DNA of 64,000 nucleotides from assembly GCA_030704615.1 (NCBI GenBank), contig CM060734.1, positions 12,462,001-12,526,000 of the forward strand. The letters run 5' to 3'. This DNA comes from Takakia lepidozioides. Lineage: Eukaryota; Plantae; Bryophyta. A program made the translations under genes and the position numbers. Every line of letters begins with the position of its first letter. Positions within the stretch are counted from its first letter, which is position 1. The notes beneath the pieces were generated by a model that was given only the letters and a program-made list of their open reading frames with translations, was not told the DNA's origin and did no database searches. Below are positions 49,941-63,880 of this stretch, one piece after another.

Positions 49941-52221
49941 AGAAAAAAAACAGATGACCAACATGGCATTGTGTCATGAGCGGGTGAACACGGAGCTTAC
50001 TGGGCCTGTGAAGTTTCTATGGTATTTTAAAAGCAGTTTAAAATAAATAAAAGGGGACTCGCAGCTTTCTGCAGTTCTTGGGGCTGTGCATGAATCATCT
50101 GCCACTCCCCTTCGCAAGACAAATGTGTCTGGACGAAGCTCCCTCCACCAGCGTGGCGTGACCTGCGAGTCCCCCTCCACTCGTTCGCCGGAGGTTGAAC
50201 GCGATGTCAACTGGAAACACCTCAAGACCTCTTCCAAGGCCTCTAGACTTAATTACTCTTAAATCATTCTGCTTCGGGTAAGGTCAATGGGCAAAATCTG
50301 AGTCCTATGATTCGTGAGACTACCAGTATAGGGTCAAAGGGTCCATTCGCTTAAGGACCGGCAATCGGAATAGGCCTGCCACATTTTAGTGTTTTTTCTC
50401 TCTTGGGATCTGTCCCAGATCATAATCCAACTTGTTGGATGCATGGCTCTTATTACACTGATTACAGTGTGTGTGCGTTATGGCTTAATCGGGGTTTTAA
50501 TATTTTTCCCCAAATAATTCATGAATAAAATTAATCAGGGCAAAAAAAGAAAAAGAAAAAAAGAAAGAAATTGAAAATACTACTCCGAGGTGGAAAGGCA
50601 TGGATAGGGCGTATTATAGGATATTCCGGAGGGCGGCATTCATCCATCGGCGGATGTGCATCATCCAGTGCAAAATTCCCCATCGGGCAGTTTTCATCTG
50701 CCGCCATCAGCAGCCAGGTCAACACTGCGGAGAGTCCACACGGCTGGCCGCCAACCTTGCACGTGGCGAATTATGCGGTGCGTCAGCGTATTTTCCTTCG
50801 TGGACCATGTACGCCCTAATTTACGGAAGTTGTCTTAACAGTACCCCCGTAACTTTCTCATCCATCCATCCAAAGTCCCACATGGCAGAAAATGTTTCTA
50901 AAAATATGTTTTCGGGATTGTTTTTCAATTTCGGCAATTAGTAAGCTATATAATAATGCCGATTACAAAAAGGCTTAACAATCTGGACACCCACCCATGC
51001 AATGCATTAGGTAGTTTGTTTTTCTTGGTGCAACGGCACTGCATTAGTAACAAAAATATATCCCATAATGTTCGGCAAAAGGTTTCCGCACCATGTTGGT
51101 TGGTCAGGGACTGCGAGAAAGTGTGCCATGTCTCGAGAATCAAGGGTGGGATTGCAGCTCGGTGTGAAAGTGGGCAACATGATCTCATTACCGCTCAACC
51201 TTGGTTCTAGCTTCAGAGTGGGCATGACACCATTGTTCTGCTAGCTAGCTAGCTAGTAGCACCCCCGGATGATACTAGATTCTCAGCGGAGGATTTCGCA
51301 TGTCTAACTGTTTATAGTATACTATGTAAAACATGCGAAAGCGGCCAACTTTCGTGGTAGTAGGCCACCATCACCAGCCTTCACTGTTGTCTTGCTAGTG
51401 GATCATGTCCCCATCCCCTTCAACCTGCTGGTGGCAGTTTTTCCAACTCAGTTAAGTTTTCAATTTATAAGAAATACTTAGCGTTGTAATTACATGTTGA
51501 TGAAAAGAAAGAAAACAGAAAACAGAAGAACAAAATTCTACGCATGGAGTTATGAGAAATTGTTATTTTCAGGTCCATTCAGGAAGTCGCTCCCGGTTCA
51601 ATGTTTCCAATATGTGCCAACAGTGTTTGAATTTAAGGTTTTTTCGTTTTTTCTTAAAAAACGTTTTTGAAAGTAAAATTGAAGTAATGGGGCTACAGTC
51701 GGAATGCCGGAAATGGCAACGGCGGTGGAGGGTCAGGCTGCGGGTCTGGCATCGCAAGTCTGTGTGTCGCAGCGCGCTTGAAACGAGAGTCAGGATGGTC
51801 GCAGGGAGAGCATGAATCTGCGGAGGCAGTCAGGCATTGTTTTGCAGAGGAACATCATTTCCTCTCACCCACACTATACTTGTGGAGGTGTGGCAGGTCT
51901 TAAGTGTTGAGCGTTAAGTGCGTGAAAGAAGAATGCAGGTCGTGGAAGACTGAGTGAAAAGTCTACTTCGAAATCGGACAGCAGAACTGCGCGAGTAGAG
52001 ATCAGGAAGGAGAGAGAGAGAGAGTTGTGGTAGAGGGATTACTGCATTGTGAGAAGCGCTTTGAAGGAGGGTTTTCTGGAGAGACTGTTGGTCGTGGTCT
52101 GTGGAAGGGGGAGAGTCTGCGGGTACACAGACCGAGGCCACGAACCTAAACGGAGGTACAATTACAGCCAAGAGAGCGAGACGGTTGGATTCCTTTTTTG
52201 AGAGCGGAAATTACAAGGGAG

Positions 52222-53817
52222 ATGAGATTGGGAGGCTGTTACAGGGTCGGACCCTCCATTGCGCTTCTTCTATTTGTCGCCCCATTGTTGCTGCATGTAA
52301 CTAGCGCTCATGATGATGGTCGAACTGTCCACAAGTCGGCAAAGATGATCTCCACCAGGACTATTTTGGCATTCGAATATTACGAGGAAACATGCCCCGA
52401 GGTGGAAACGATCGTGCTCAAGACTGTAGAAAAATGGACGAAGATAGATCCCACCACGCCAGGGCCGCTGCTACGGCTGTTCTTCCATGACTGCTTTGTC
52501 CAAGGATGTGATGGGTCAGTGCTGGTGAACTCGACCACCGAAAACCAGGCCGAGAAGGATGCTGATATCAACTTCAGCATTGGAAACTTTTTCGTCATTG
52601 ATGAGATTAAAGAGAAGCTGGAGAAGAAGTGCCCCGGGATAGTCTCATGTGCGGATGTCCTGGCTCTCGTCGCTGTATACTCCATCAAACAGGTACGCAC
52701 GCTAGAATGGCTTGTAAGGGTCAAGACCAACTCATGTTCTTCGTGGTTTTGGCCACGGCGAGTGGTTTTTCCAATATTCTTTACAAGAAATAATGTGTCT
52801 CCATTTCACAAGAAGACGCGTCTGTCCCACAGCTCGCTTGGGTCTTTCTCACAGTTGTTTCCAGTCTGGGCACTGGTCTGCAGTCATATGGCAAACTTAT
52901 GTAGCAGCTATGCACTGGGTTCCTTCTTACCATGTTTCGGGTTTTGCGAGCCAAAGCAAGGCAAGCAGTTGGCTTCACCTTGCACACCCAACCTAGTTTT
53001 GTCTTACACCCAGACTGACAAGTTTAGACTCACTGTTATTCTTTTCAGGCGGGCGGGCCACTGTATCCCATAGAGCTCGGACGCAAGGACGGGCTTACAT
53101 CGTATGCTCCGAGCGCGCAAACGTTTTTGCCTGCCTTCAGCCTCGGCGTTTCGGGCCTCTTACTTCGAAAATGTGGGACTTAGACTCCAACGATCTTGTT
53201 GTTCTTTCAGGTGGGTCATCCTAATCTTTACCCTTAATGATTCAAATGACCTTTTCGACAGAGTATAGGTCTCTGCATTAAGCGGTACTGTGGTGCAAGT
53301 TTTCATCGCCTCGGCCCCATGTTTGGACAGACTAGCCACAAACAGAGGATGAAGAAGGGGTATGAGTCCTATTAGGAATACTAATGGAAGATGTTGTCAT
53401 CCTCATCAGGCGCACACACCATCGGTCAGGGACATTGCAAAAGCATCAAGAACCGCATATATCCCCATGTCGACCTACATTATGCAAAGTATTATGGCAG
53501 AGAGCTGCTGGCCAACTGCACCGACTATGGCGTCCTCAAGGCCTCCAACTTCGACACCGCCACGCCAGGACCCAGTTACCCCTTACACATTTGACAACCA
53601 GTACTACAAAAATCTGGAGGACGGATTGGGATTGTTGACATCAGATATTAGTTTGTTTCAAGATCCGCGCACAGTCTTGCTGGTGAAATATTATGCCAGA
53701 AATCAGGATGCATTCTTCGAGCAGTTTGGAAGTTCTTTGAGGAAGATGGGCAAGATCGGGGTGCTGACAGGCTCTCAAGGCCAGATTCGCAGGCAGTGTT
53801 GGGTCCGAAATTCCTAA
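52222..53817 (+). pseudogene. Class III secretory peroxidase, 3 exons (52222-52692, 53049-53210, 53410-53817), frameshifted
   Basis: Signal-peptide-like start, YYEETCP, LLRLFFHDCFVQGCDGSVL, CPGIVSCADVL, ELGRKDG, LVVLSGAHTIG, TPYTFDNQYYKNL, GQIRRQC. GT-AG introns. In-frame TAG at 53181 and a second shift near 53565. Confidence 0.88.
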
Positions 53818-54239
53818 AATGCCAATCCTGCATTTGACCCTGTTTCTGTACAATCCATTGACCATTAAAGTGTGGCTGAAGTTTCCATGCAGGGATAGTG
53901 CCCATTCTTCTCTTGTATACGAGGTTTGAAGCTGCATTGACAATCTTGGTTCAGTTTAGCGAGACGAATTTGTGCACTAGTGAAGAGATTATGTATAGTG
54001 ATTTTCAGTGATTTCCAAATGCATAGAGTGGATCCCGCCAATGGACATAGAAACCTCCCAATCTGGGCAGTGTGAAGCTAGTCAAATCCACACGAGCTTG
54101 GCTACTTTCCGAACGCTTGAATGTCAAAGTTCCCGTTTTGTATTATACCCTGTACCCTCTATATGTGTTCTGGCTCGGGAGTACCACAGATAGTATGCAA
54201 TGAATGCTACCACAATAACATGTGTAGTAGAAAGAAAAA

Positions 54240-55680
54240 ACGTGTAACACAGGCCCTTTTCTTTTCTTTTTTAATTAAAGAAAGGGAAACACCTGGGAGC
54301 AACAGCTCACAAATCAGGCCCCTTAATAGTGAGAGGAGAAAATAACCTCTTTCACATGCCCGCCAATTTTCGGTAGCCATGTCGTAATGACTGGCTCCCT
54401 GGTCCCCCATCCGCCCACCTCCTGAGGCTCCACACGCTTGGCCACACATGTGGGGCCGCCGACTCCGCGGCTTGGTTTAGTTTGCCAAAACTGGCTCGCC
54501 ACTCCCCTAAACACTCATGGGCCTGCCTTTCCTTTCCCTGCTCCTATTTCCCCCAAAAATATGTATGTCGCCAAAAAAAAAAATTATCATATTTTAAGAA
54601 AATATATTAAAAACAGAGACACCATAGAGCCGGCCAAATCAGGCCCCTTAATTGTAGTGAGAGGAGAAAATAATCTCTTTCATAGGAACAAGGCTCATTA
54701 TCAGATTGCATATAATCCAAATAAATAGTTTTACCTTACATAAGGTTGTTTTTATCAATGAATCTTGTTTGACCGGTACCTGCCGAAAGGTTGTTCCTAG
54801 TTTTGAAAATTCCTCAATGTTATTATACCTTCCGGAAGGTTGTGCTTGTCAAATTTTCAACTGAGTAGAATCTAAACAAGTACTTTTACCTTACAGAAGG
54901 TTGTTTCTACCATACTTGTCGGAAGGTTGTTCATGTCAATTTTAAAATTGCTCGATCCAAACATATTGGTGTACCCTCCGGAAGATTGTTGTGCGTCATT
55001 TTTTAACTTGCATAAATCCAGACAAATATGTTTAATACCTTACGGAAGGTTATTTCTACCATTAGGTCATGGGCAACGGATACCTGCCGGAAGGTTGTTC
55101 AAGTCAATTTTAAAATTGTTCATTCCAAACATATTGGTATACCCTTCGGAAGACTGTTTGTGTGTCATTTTTTAACTTGCATAAATTCCAAATAAATATG
55201 TTTAATACCTTACGGAAGGTTGTTCCTACCATTAGGTCATGAATGATGAATACCTTGCGGAAGGTTGCTCACATCAAGTTTAAAATTGCTTAATCCAAAC
55301 AATGTTAGAGTACCCTCCGGAAGGTTGTGCCTATCATTGCCCAAATTGCATAATGGGGAAATAAGGGCACAAGCCGTGCAAGGTCCGGGCAGGGAAAGGC
55401 GAAGGCGAAAGGGCAGTGGCGAGCGAGTTTTGGCGAGCTAGATGAGGACATGGAGGGGGCGGGCCCCACATGTGTGGCCAGGCGTGTGGAGCCTCGGCCC
55501 TCGGGAGGTGCGCGGATAGGGACCAGAGAGCTAGCGTCATTACGACGTGGCTATCGAAAATTCGCGGGCCACACAGTAACCCCGCCATCCTTATGGCTTT
55601 CTGTAAGGTTATTTTTTCCTTACTCTTTTTTAATAAAACTTCCAGGGCCACTGTCCCCTATTCTAAGAAAAAACAAAAAA
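54240..55680. mobile_element. Long-TIR (foldback/MULE-like) non-autonomous element with internal TACCTT-CCGG-AAGGTT array
   Basis: About 54330-54560 is an imperfect inverted copy of 55350-55620 (GGCCACACATGTGGGGCC core). The palindrome array spans 54730-55330. Confidence 0.65.
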
Positions 55681-55746
55681 ACAAAAAACAAAAAACCTCG
55701 CCATGAGGCGTAGGAATGGGACACCACCCAGGAACATACCACACCC

Positions 55747-55811
55747 GTCAGTAGCAAGATTTGACCCCATTCGGGTGGCACACAGTGCACTTAACCAACT
55801 GAGCTACTGAC
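55747..55811 (-). other. tRNA-like remnant / SINE head
   Basis: GTCAGTAGCTCAGTTGG (A-box), GGGTCAAATC (degenerate B-box) and complementary ends GTCAGTAGC/GCTACTGAC. No intact anticodon arm. Confidence 0.55.
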
Positions 55812-58800
55812 TGTTAGTGGCCATTGAAAGTTATTATAAGAAACAACCTTAGTCTCATCTTAGTATTTGTTGATACTCTTTTGAATATGTATTTTAATTA
55901 TAGCCTTCTCCTTATAGTCAGGTGTATGTTGTGGCATTCACACGCAAAGCATCAATTCTCTTAACTCAAATCTCGGACTCCTTTATACGAACCTTTTCAA
56001 ATGCTTCAAAGATATTCATCTAATTGCCATTCACTCTCTCAATGGCCGTTAAAAGAAACTTTATCTTTATCTTTATCTCATAATTAACAACAAACATCAA
56101 CTCGAAAATAATCAACCGACCTAAGATACCCGGTCCTACTTTACTTGTCATAGAACCCAGCCATGAAAGGGACAGTAGCCGCACGATAAAGTGGCTTTTT
56201 GGTTATGTTGGTTTCGGCTGGAGTCTTTTCTCTTCTCTCTCTCTCTAGCCTTCTCTAAGGACACAAGCTTTCTACATGTTCAAGTCCTCGTCTTGTTGTT
56301 TTAGAAACACATGAAATATTGGATGAAAACATCTTGAACACTATAAGACATTTGAGCAACCCATGAGTTGACTTAATCCCTAAGTGTCGGGTGGGTATGT
56401 TTGACATTTATAAGAAAAAAACTGTGACGTCAAGAACATGAGACTTCAAGAATAGGAATAACTCAGTGAAAAAATAAAATCTACAGATTTTGACCGCACA
56501 TAAGGTGCTTGACAGGGAGGTTGGGTAGCATGTGAGCATGCTCACGCTAGCGGGCGTGAGCACAAAAGCATATTCTAAATATTCCAAAAGATTCTAAAGA
56601 ATATACGATTGCTAAACCAAAATGCCCTCACGCGGTAAGAAATACGAAACTATCTAAAAACCGTGCTCACGTGAAAAAAATCATGAAATTAATCATCCAA
56701 AGCTTAACTCGCGTGAGCGCAAAGACCAACAAATATATCTGCCAGAACTCAAAGATCAGCGAACGTAAACAATGTGACATTTGGTAACATTGTGTGTAGA
56801 ACATCCCTAAGAACCACCCCAAAAATGGGTTTCGCCAACGAAACACAAACGTTTTTTGCTAGCGAAACTTGGATTTCGCCAGAGAAACTTGGATTTTCGC
56901 TAGCGAAACTTGGTTTCCTTAGCGAAATTGGGGTTTGGTTCTGGTTTTTTTTTTTTTTTTAAAGGTTTATCCCTTTCAAGCTCCTTCTATATGTTTAAGA
57001 TTATATTTGGACACTATGGAGACCCTATTAACGCAGAAAGACCCTATGTCCGTCTATTATATGTATTTCTGCCGACATACATATCACCCCTATAACCGTG
57101 GATCCTGCTCATGCGGCGATGTTTTTGTGCTCACGCGGTACCAACCCCCCTTGACAGGTACTTTGTCTTTTCCTTATAGCGGGCCCGCAGCCTTGCACAA
57201 CGCCATTGCATTTCATGAATTTTGATAAGGCCCATAGCAATTGGTGCCAAAGATTTCTAGAGGGGTGAATGGAAAGGTGTCCATGGAACCATCCCTTTCT
57301 CTTTTTTAAGGGGCGATTACTTAATGGGGGCGCTTGCTTGGGGGGGCGTTTGGGACCCCATCGTTGGCAGTGGTGCCACTTTGGGGGGAAAAAGGGAGTT
57401 GGCATTTTTCATGTTTGGGGGATGGAATGAAGGCAGATGGAGCTGCGAGTTCGAGGCCTTCATCCCCACATGATATTGCATTCAACAAAAGAAGCATGAA
57501 CATATTTGGGCAAAAGGTAGACAATGCCACGTGGTCAACACAGGGTGGGGTGAAATTTTGCCTTTGGACACATTGAAAAAATCACACGAGAATAAGCTTC
57601 ACTCAACGAGATGACGCTTCCGCAGGGGTAGCTAGAGCTCACCCCCACCTACTCAAGCCCTAATTTCAAAACCCTAAGCCAGATCTATGTCAATCACGAA
57701 GCCAAACCTCATGTACCAAGTGCCCAATGACACAATATATATATATTTTTACAGATTTCCATTTAGAAACAGAAAAGTTACACCAAAATTACAAAACCCA
57801 AAAGCCCCAAACGGGCTTGGTGGGGCGTTTAAGGATTAAGGTATGTATGAATGGTTCCTAAGTTAGGTGAAAATGGAGGGAAAACCTTAGTTGGGGAGGA
57901 AAACGGTAAGAAGAAAATAATACGTATTGAGAAAACTTAATTTCTTCTATTTCTTAACACATGCAACAATTCTTCTGTTTTTATTTCTTAAAAGGGAAAC
58001 ACAAATGCATCCTCATTCAAGGTAAGTTGGGTACATTGTAGAGCCACTTTCCTGTTTGTGCGATTTTCGTCGTCCCTATGGACGTGGTCAAATCCGTAAC
58101 ATACGATCTAGGAAGTGTGACACGCCGTGGGGTTGAATTTCTACTGTGGGATCTTTTTGGATCGTGTGTAGATGATTTGAGCTGCAAGGTTGAAACATAG
58201 AACCTGACTAAGTCCCTACACTTTGCTTCTCACCGCTCACTAAGCATATATGAATTCAGTATAGAGTCCTACTCATGGATGATCACAATTTAAGAGACGT
58301 GCACTGTTTCATCAAAAACTCATCTACCTTAGAGGGCCGGCATCCTTTTATTTATACTGATAGAAGAAAACCGTTATACATGTGGTAAGGTGTTTGAAGA
58401 CCTTGTCAGAAAGGTCTGTCAGAAGCTGGCCCCACCTCAACGTCATTGTCTCCTTATTAATACCCTTTTATCACTAAATCTATCCAGGGCTAATGTAGCA
58501 CATCACATATGCAGAACCAACGCCCTCTCCTCCCCCCCCCCGCGTGGAGATGGAAGGAGCTCCCGCGAGTTAACCAAACGGAACAGGAACAAAACAATGT
58601 AGTCCTATTGTCCCGAGTTGCAAGTTGCCAAAGACTTCGGACCCTGTCACATTTTTGGTCTCATATGTAAAGGTTGTCTAAACCAAGACTGCTATAATAG
58701 AAGGTGCTGATCTAGCCTTGCGTTTCCTAATCATGAACTCAACAGTGTGGCCTTCAGGCTTCAAGATTAATACAAGAGGAATCAAACTCCAATTTGCAAT

Positions 58801-58859
58801 GAGCTAAGTCAGCACCGGGTATGGCATGCGAGGGTGTCGTAACAGTAGAGGATTGAGAC

Positions 58860-59800
58860 TTGAGTTTGAACTTCTGTCCAGGGACTTCCTAGACCACCAA
58901 AAAAGGCCCCTTGTACTTAGGCCTAAACTTCCCCTTCGCATCCTGCTTCTTTCGATGCCGCCATGCTACCATGTCTCCAATGGTGAAGGCGGCACTGTAG
59001 GTAATACGCTTGTCATAGTTCTCAGCTTCTTGCGCAACAGCCATGTTATAGCGAGCCTCGTCCTCAATGACTTGGCGGCACCTGCGGAGCTTAGTCATGT
59101 GACCAGAAAGATCTTGTGGATGGTCAACAACTACCCGTAAAGGCGTAGCATGCAAAGGTGTGTTACACGTACGATCATAAACCAGCTCAAAAGGAGTGAA
59201 CTTGTGCTAGACTGAACACTGTTCTATATGCAAACAAGACAACATCCAAAACTTTGTCCCAACAGGCATCCTCATTTGCGTTCTTGGTCAATAGAGCACA
59301 CAATGTTTTGTTAAAACGTTCTGTCAGTCCATTGCATTGAGGGTGATAGGATGAAGTAGCTAACTGCTTGATACCCATGTGCATGCACAAGTGCGATTGT
59401 TGGTGAGGATCTCAAGAGGGCAGCCATGGCGCATGATGATGTCTTCATAGAAAAATTATAGCACAGAGTCACTCTCCTTCCTGGCCAAAGGGCGGAGCTC
59501 GACCCACTTGGACAGGTACTCAGTCGCTTCAACAATATAACGATGTCCTAAGCTACTAGTGGTCAGAGGCTCCAACATATCCATACCTACTCGAGTGAAG
59601 GGCTCTGAGACAAGGATGGGTTGTAAGATTTGAGAACTGGGTTCCCTGGGCAAGGATCGGTTGATTTGGCAAGTGGCACAGAGTTTGATGAATTGAACAA
59701 CATCTCCATTGAGGCTGACCCAATGATACTCCTCATGTAATCTGGAAATGGTTTTATGAACCCCAAAGTAATCAACAAACTAAGAGGAGTGAAACAAGGC
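58860..59800 (-). pseudogene. Gypsy integrase remnant
   Basis: EPFTRVGMDMLEPL..EYLSKWVE, SSYHPQCNGLTERFNKTL, GKFRPKYKGPF. Confidence 0.85.
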
Positions 59801-60309
59801 AAGTAAGGCTGGAACTTCATCTCGGGTAGGTACTTCTGACATTGCAGGTGATGTCACTGGCTTTATCAACAAAACAAGCTTAGTACCCTCGAGAATAGCA
59901 TGTGTCCGGATGTCGCGCACCTCACTTCGGTAAGCTCCCCTTCAAGTCATAATTACTCGCTTTGGTGCGCGCGCCTAACTCCCAAATTGGCCGTTGGGCC
60001 AACTCAGAGCTTCGGCTGCTCACCGGTGTTCCAGACGAGCATTCCACGGATATCCAGCAACGCCGCAGTAAGTGAAAAAATGCGTCGTTGAATCTTCCGA
60101 TCATTTCTCACCATGACAAGGTAAGTGGAGAAAGAGTAACGTTACCAACATGACGTCGCTCATCAGTGCGATGAGAAAAGAAGTCAGAACTGGAATTGAA
60201 AATTCCGCTGGGAATTCAAAATTCTTCATAGGCAACAGGATGACCATGTCTTCAAGGCACCTTAGCAAGGACAGTTAAAATGAGCCTTCGACTCAGACTG
60301 TACTCGGAT

Positions 60310-63190
60310 GCGGATCCCTTATTAAGAGTTGTGCAACCTCTGATGGAGTGAGGGTCGGCTGTCGACTCATATTCCAGTCTGCATGATATTCGAGCCATCA
60401 CAAGAATATGTAGTACAGATGCTTGCATGGTGTGTACGGGCCTCGGGCATTCTTCATGGCCCCAAAATCAATGCAAGTACACTCCGGCATGTCTGAAATT
60501 GTGACATTGTAAACTGCATCATGATGAATGGAACCCTCTATGGCAACGACATACACCCGGCCATATCCCGGACGAGGTACATCCTTAAAACTTTGCACCT
60601 CGGCCCAAAGCAATTGCGCTGTTCCAATACGGGTATAGTTCTTGGTGGTTGGCTTCTTCCGCTTGTACCGTTTTCCCCACCTGGTGATAGGATACTTGTC
60701 ACCGTAGGTGTCATTTTGCAAGGATGCGGGGTTGCGCGCGGAACTGCTCCCAGGCGCATTGAGGTCTGGAGCACTGGCCAACTCCTCTCTTTGGACGAGG
60801 CGGAAACCTGCCTTGGTTAACTCGTCCACCTCTTCTTGGTTCAGATCCGTGCCCTCTTTCACTGGCCACACAACCGGTGGGTCGGGTCGGTCCTTCACAG
60901 AGGTCGGCATGCTACCATGCACGCACTAGAATATGTCGGATGCACAGAACTAGATGACCTGAACCTTCAGCTTAACGATGAAATCTACCAAGGAAACAAG
61001 GTGATGGAGTACCACATCTAGAACCTGGCCTCCGGATCTCCTTCTTGCAAGGGAGTTTTGTATCACGACGAATGGCCTGGCATTGGCAGCGAGCAGTGGG
61101 TCCAGTTCGCGCAATGTGGAACACTCCCTCCGATGGAAGGTGCACCTCAACAACAACTTTTCCATTCTGTTGGGGACGAGAAATGATGTCATCCTGTACC
61201 CGTGCCGGTGCCCCTGGCGGCATTCTAGGTCCCCTCTCATCCGTTGTACGGAGGTTGAAATAAGATCGCCATGAGGCCATTTCTGCCTCGGCTGCCAGAT
61301 CAACCTCATTGTCGTTTAGGCAGCGCTTCACTTTCCTTGTCCTCTTCTTCCCCTCCAACCCATCCTGGCGGTGCGGGCAGCAGACCGATCCAAAGATCCA
61401 GTCAAACTGGCGGAGGCATTGAAAACTTTTTGTCCAGGACACCTCGCTTAACGTTTCCGTCCATGAAGGACCGACACCCCGTGTCCCCCCGCTAAGGAAA
61501 CTCTTGTAAGCGCTGTTCTATAAGACCGCCTTGACGATATCCTCAACCTCATACAAGTCAGAATAACCAATCCTGGTTGTAAATTTCCAGCTTGAGTGAA
61601 CAGCCTCTGACATGTTTGTCGTTGGCATATCAACGTCCTCCTGTAGACTCATCCCCTGCGGACACACACTTGCGTTAAAATGAGGCAAAGGTTGAGAGAC
61701 AGAGCACAACATCTAGTGCGATTTAGTAAACATACATCTCAGACCAATCGGAGTCTCATGGCCTGACAACAAAATTCAGCATGAATGGACTGGGACAGTA
61801 GTGGAATAGAACACGTTGCAGACAGTTCTGCGCCAAACTGCAAAACATAACATGAATGGGGTCGGACGGCAGTAGGCCACCGAAGACGTAGGCAGACAGT
61901 TCTGCGCCGAACTGCAAACAAAAACATGAACGGGGTCGGGCTCTAAGGGCCCACACATGACTTTGTCTGACAATTCTGCGTTGAACTGTAAAATAAAACA
62001 TGAATGGGGTCAGACTCTCCTGGCCCAAAGATGACATTGCATCATAGTTCGGCGCCGAACTGCAAACTAAAACATGGCTTAGGTTTGGGTCTTCTGGGCC
62101 ACATACGAGTAGCGAGACAGTTCTGCGCTTGCAAAAAACAACATGAATGGAGGCGGACTCTTTGGCCCACACATGACTCAGCTGGATAGTTCAGCGCCGA
62201 ACTGTAGACATTAGCATGGAATTGGGTGGACTCTCCTACCCAAAACATAATGTCGCCAGACAGTTTCGCACCGAACTGCAAAGTACAACATGAACTGCAA
62301 TGCGGCTGCGGTGTGAATGAAACTCACCGAAGGTATTGCGTTGCCAAGCTGATGATACCTGTATCTCCACCAAGCGAACCAACTCTCCAGCCCTGGAAGG
62401 TCGACCAACTGTGCTGCACCGCTACTTGTCCACCATGCTCGGAGAATCGCATATGCAGTATCGGCTGCATCTGGATCTTTTGGATCCTTCCACGCATTGC
62501 AGAGGGTCATGTGCTGGACTCGGAAGCTATCTCTAATGTAATCGACTGTATGCTTTCTCAAACTTTGTGCCCAGTGGAATGAGCATGTTCTCTCCCTGTT
62601 AGCCAGAGGAACATCCTTTCCCTCCGTGCCGTACACAAGACGAATCGTTGTCCAGTTGGCCCCCGCTCCATCCAACATGAAACCACGGGTGGACATTTCT
62701 TTCCTGCCCGGGCCATCTGCTTGTGGATGGACTCCCAAAACAACATTTGCGCCTTCATGTCCCCTCCCTTCATGTCACAAATAACGATTGTTATGAGCTT
62801 CTGATAATGCGGTTCATACACATGACAAGCAAGAGTACTCCACCCTTGAACTTGCTTCACATGATCAAACATGACCCATGAAGTCTCCAGTTCACCGCCT
62901 ATGTTCATCATATCCACAAGATGCACCCCACTGCCTGATCCGCTGTTGGACATTTTGAAGAGGAAACAATGGTCGTCCTCGCCTCCCTGGCGAGGAAACC
63001 AGCTGGAGTGAATGAAATTGTAGCCGCAACTCTTCTTGAACGTGAGTATGTTGGTAAGCGCATCCGACTTGTGGCCTACCTTGATCTTCTCCCTCCGCAC
63101 CGAGTTCTTGAAATTAGGATTCAACATGGGAGAGGGCTTCCAGAAGTCCGTCCATCTTGTCGTCGTCCATTTTGTGCCTCTCTTCCCCAT
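60310..63190 (-). pseudogene. MULE-like transposase with C-terminal SWIM zinc finger, intron 61641-62327
   Basis: WVMFDHVK (D), GFMLDGAGANW (D), RTCSFHW (CxxH), TTNMSEAVHSSW (E), PECTCIDF..PCKHLYYIF (SWIM). Frameshifted. Confidence 0.75.
61760..62290. repeat. Intronic tandem array with CAGTTC-N6-GAACTG palindrome
   Basis: About seven units of about 75 bp: CAGTTCTGCGCCGAACTGCAAA..AACATGAATGGGGTC. Confidence 0.8.
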
Positions 63191-63880
63191 CTTTCGATAG
63201 CATGCAATCCAGGACGGGGGGTGCTAGTCCGTGAGCGGCTCACGTGAGCGGAAAGATGCGTGAGCGGGAAGATGCCAATCCGTGAGCGGAAAGATGCTCA
63301 CGTAATAGGGTGCATGGGCCTACAATCGCGGATGAGGAAGCCCCGGGAGACCTATTTCCGCGGGAATGAGTGTACATATCATGCGTACTTGGATGAATGT
63401 TGGATGAATAATGGATGAATGATGGAGAATAGGGTCGCCCTCACCATGGCAACCCAGCACGAAGCTCACCACAATTACCTTGTGTCTATCCAAGACTCCA
63501 TCACCAAAAATCTTGGAGCTAATCTGGAAAACTTCTACAACCACACTAAGCTAGTATTGGACAAACTGCCTCCCCCCCTAGGGGTGTCTACACACGTCTC
63601 CCGCGGCACCATGGCGGATGTGCAGGGTAGAGGCCCCAGGCCCCTGGCTCTGATCAAGCTCCCGCTCTCTACTCCCCCAGGCTTCTTATCCGGGCCGACC
63701 ACCGTTGCCAAAGCGTCTCTCCAGCCGCTTCCTGACCCTGCGCCGCCCACGCACACCCACCACGCTCAGTTGACGAGCACTCTCATGCATGCCAACACGG
63801 ATAATGCCTAAGTCTACGACAAATTGCCACGGCCAAGTTCCTGCCAGTAGAACGCGCCAGCTCACTCTCCCTCTCTTAGT

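Noticed and set aside
52198-53073. Single-exon 291-aa peroxidase ORF
   Set aside because: It reads through the intron starting at 52693, so the C-terminal part is not peroxidase.
55747-55811. Functional tRNA gene
   Set aside because: Only 65 bp, with a degenerate B-box and no canonical anticodon arm.
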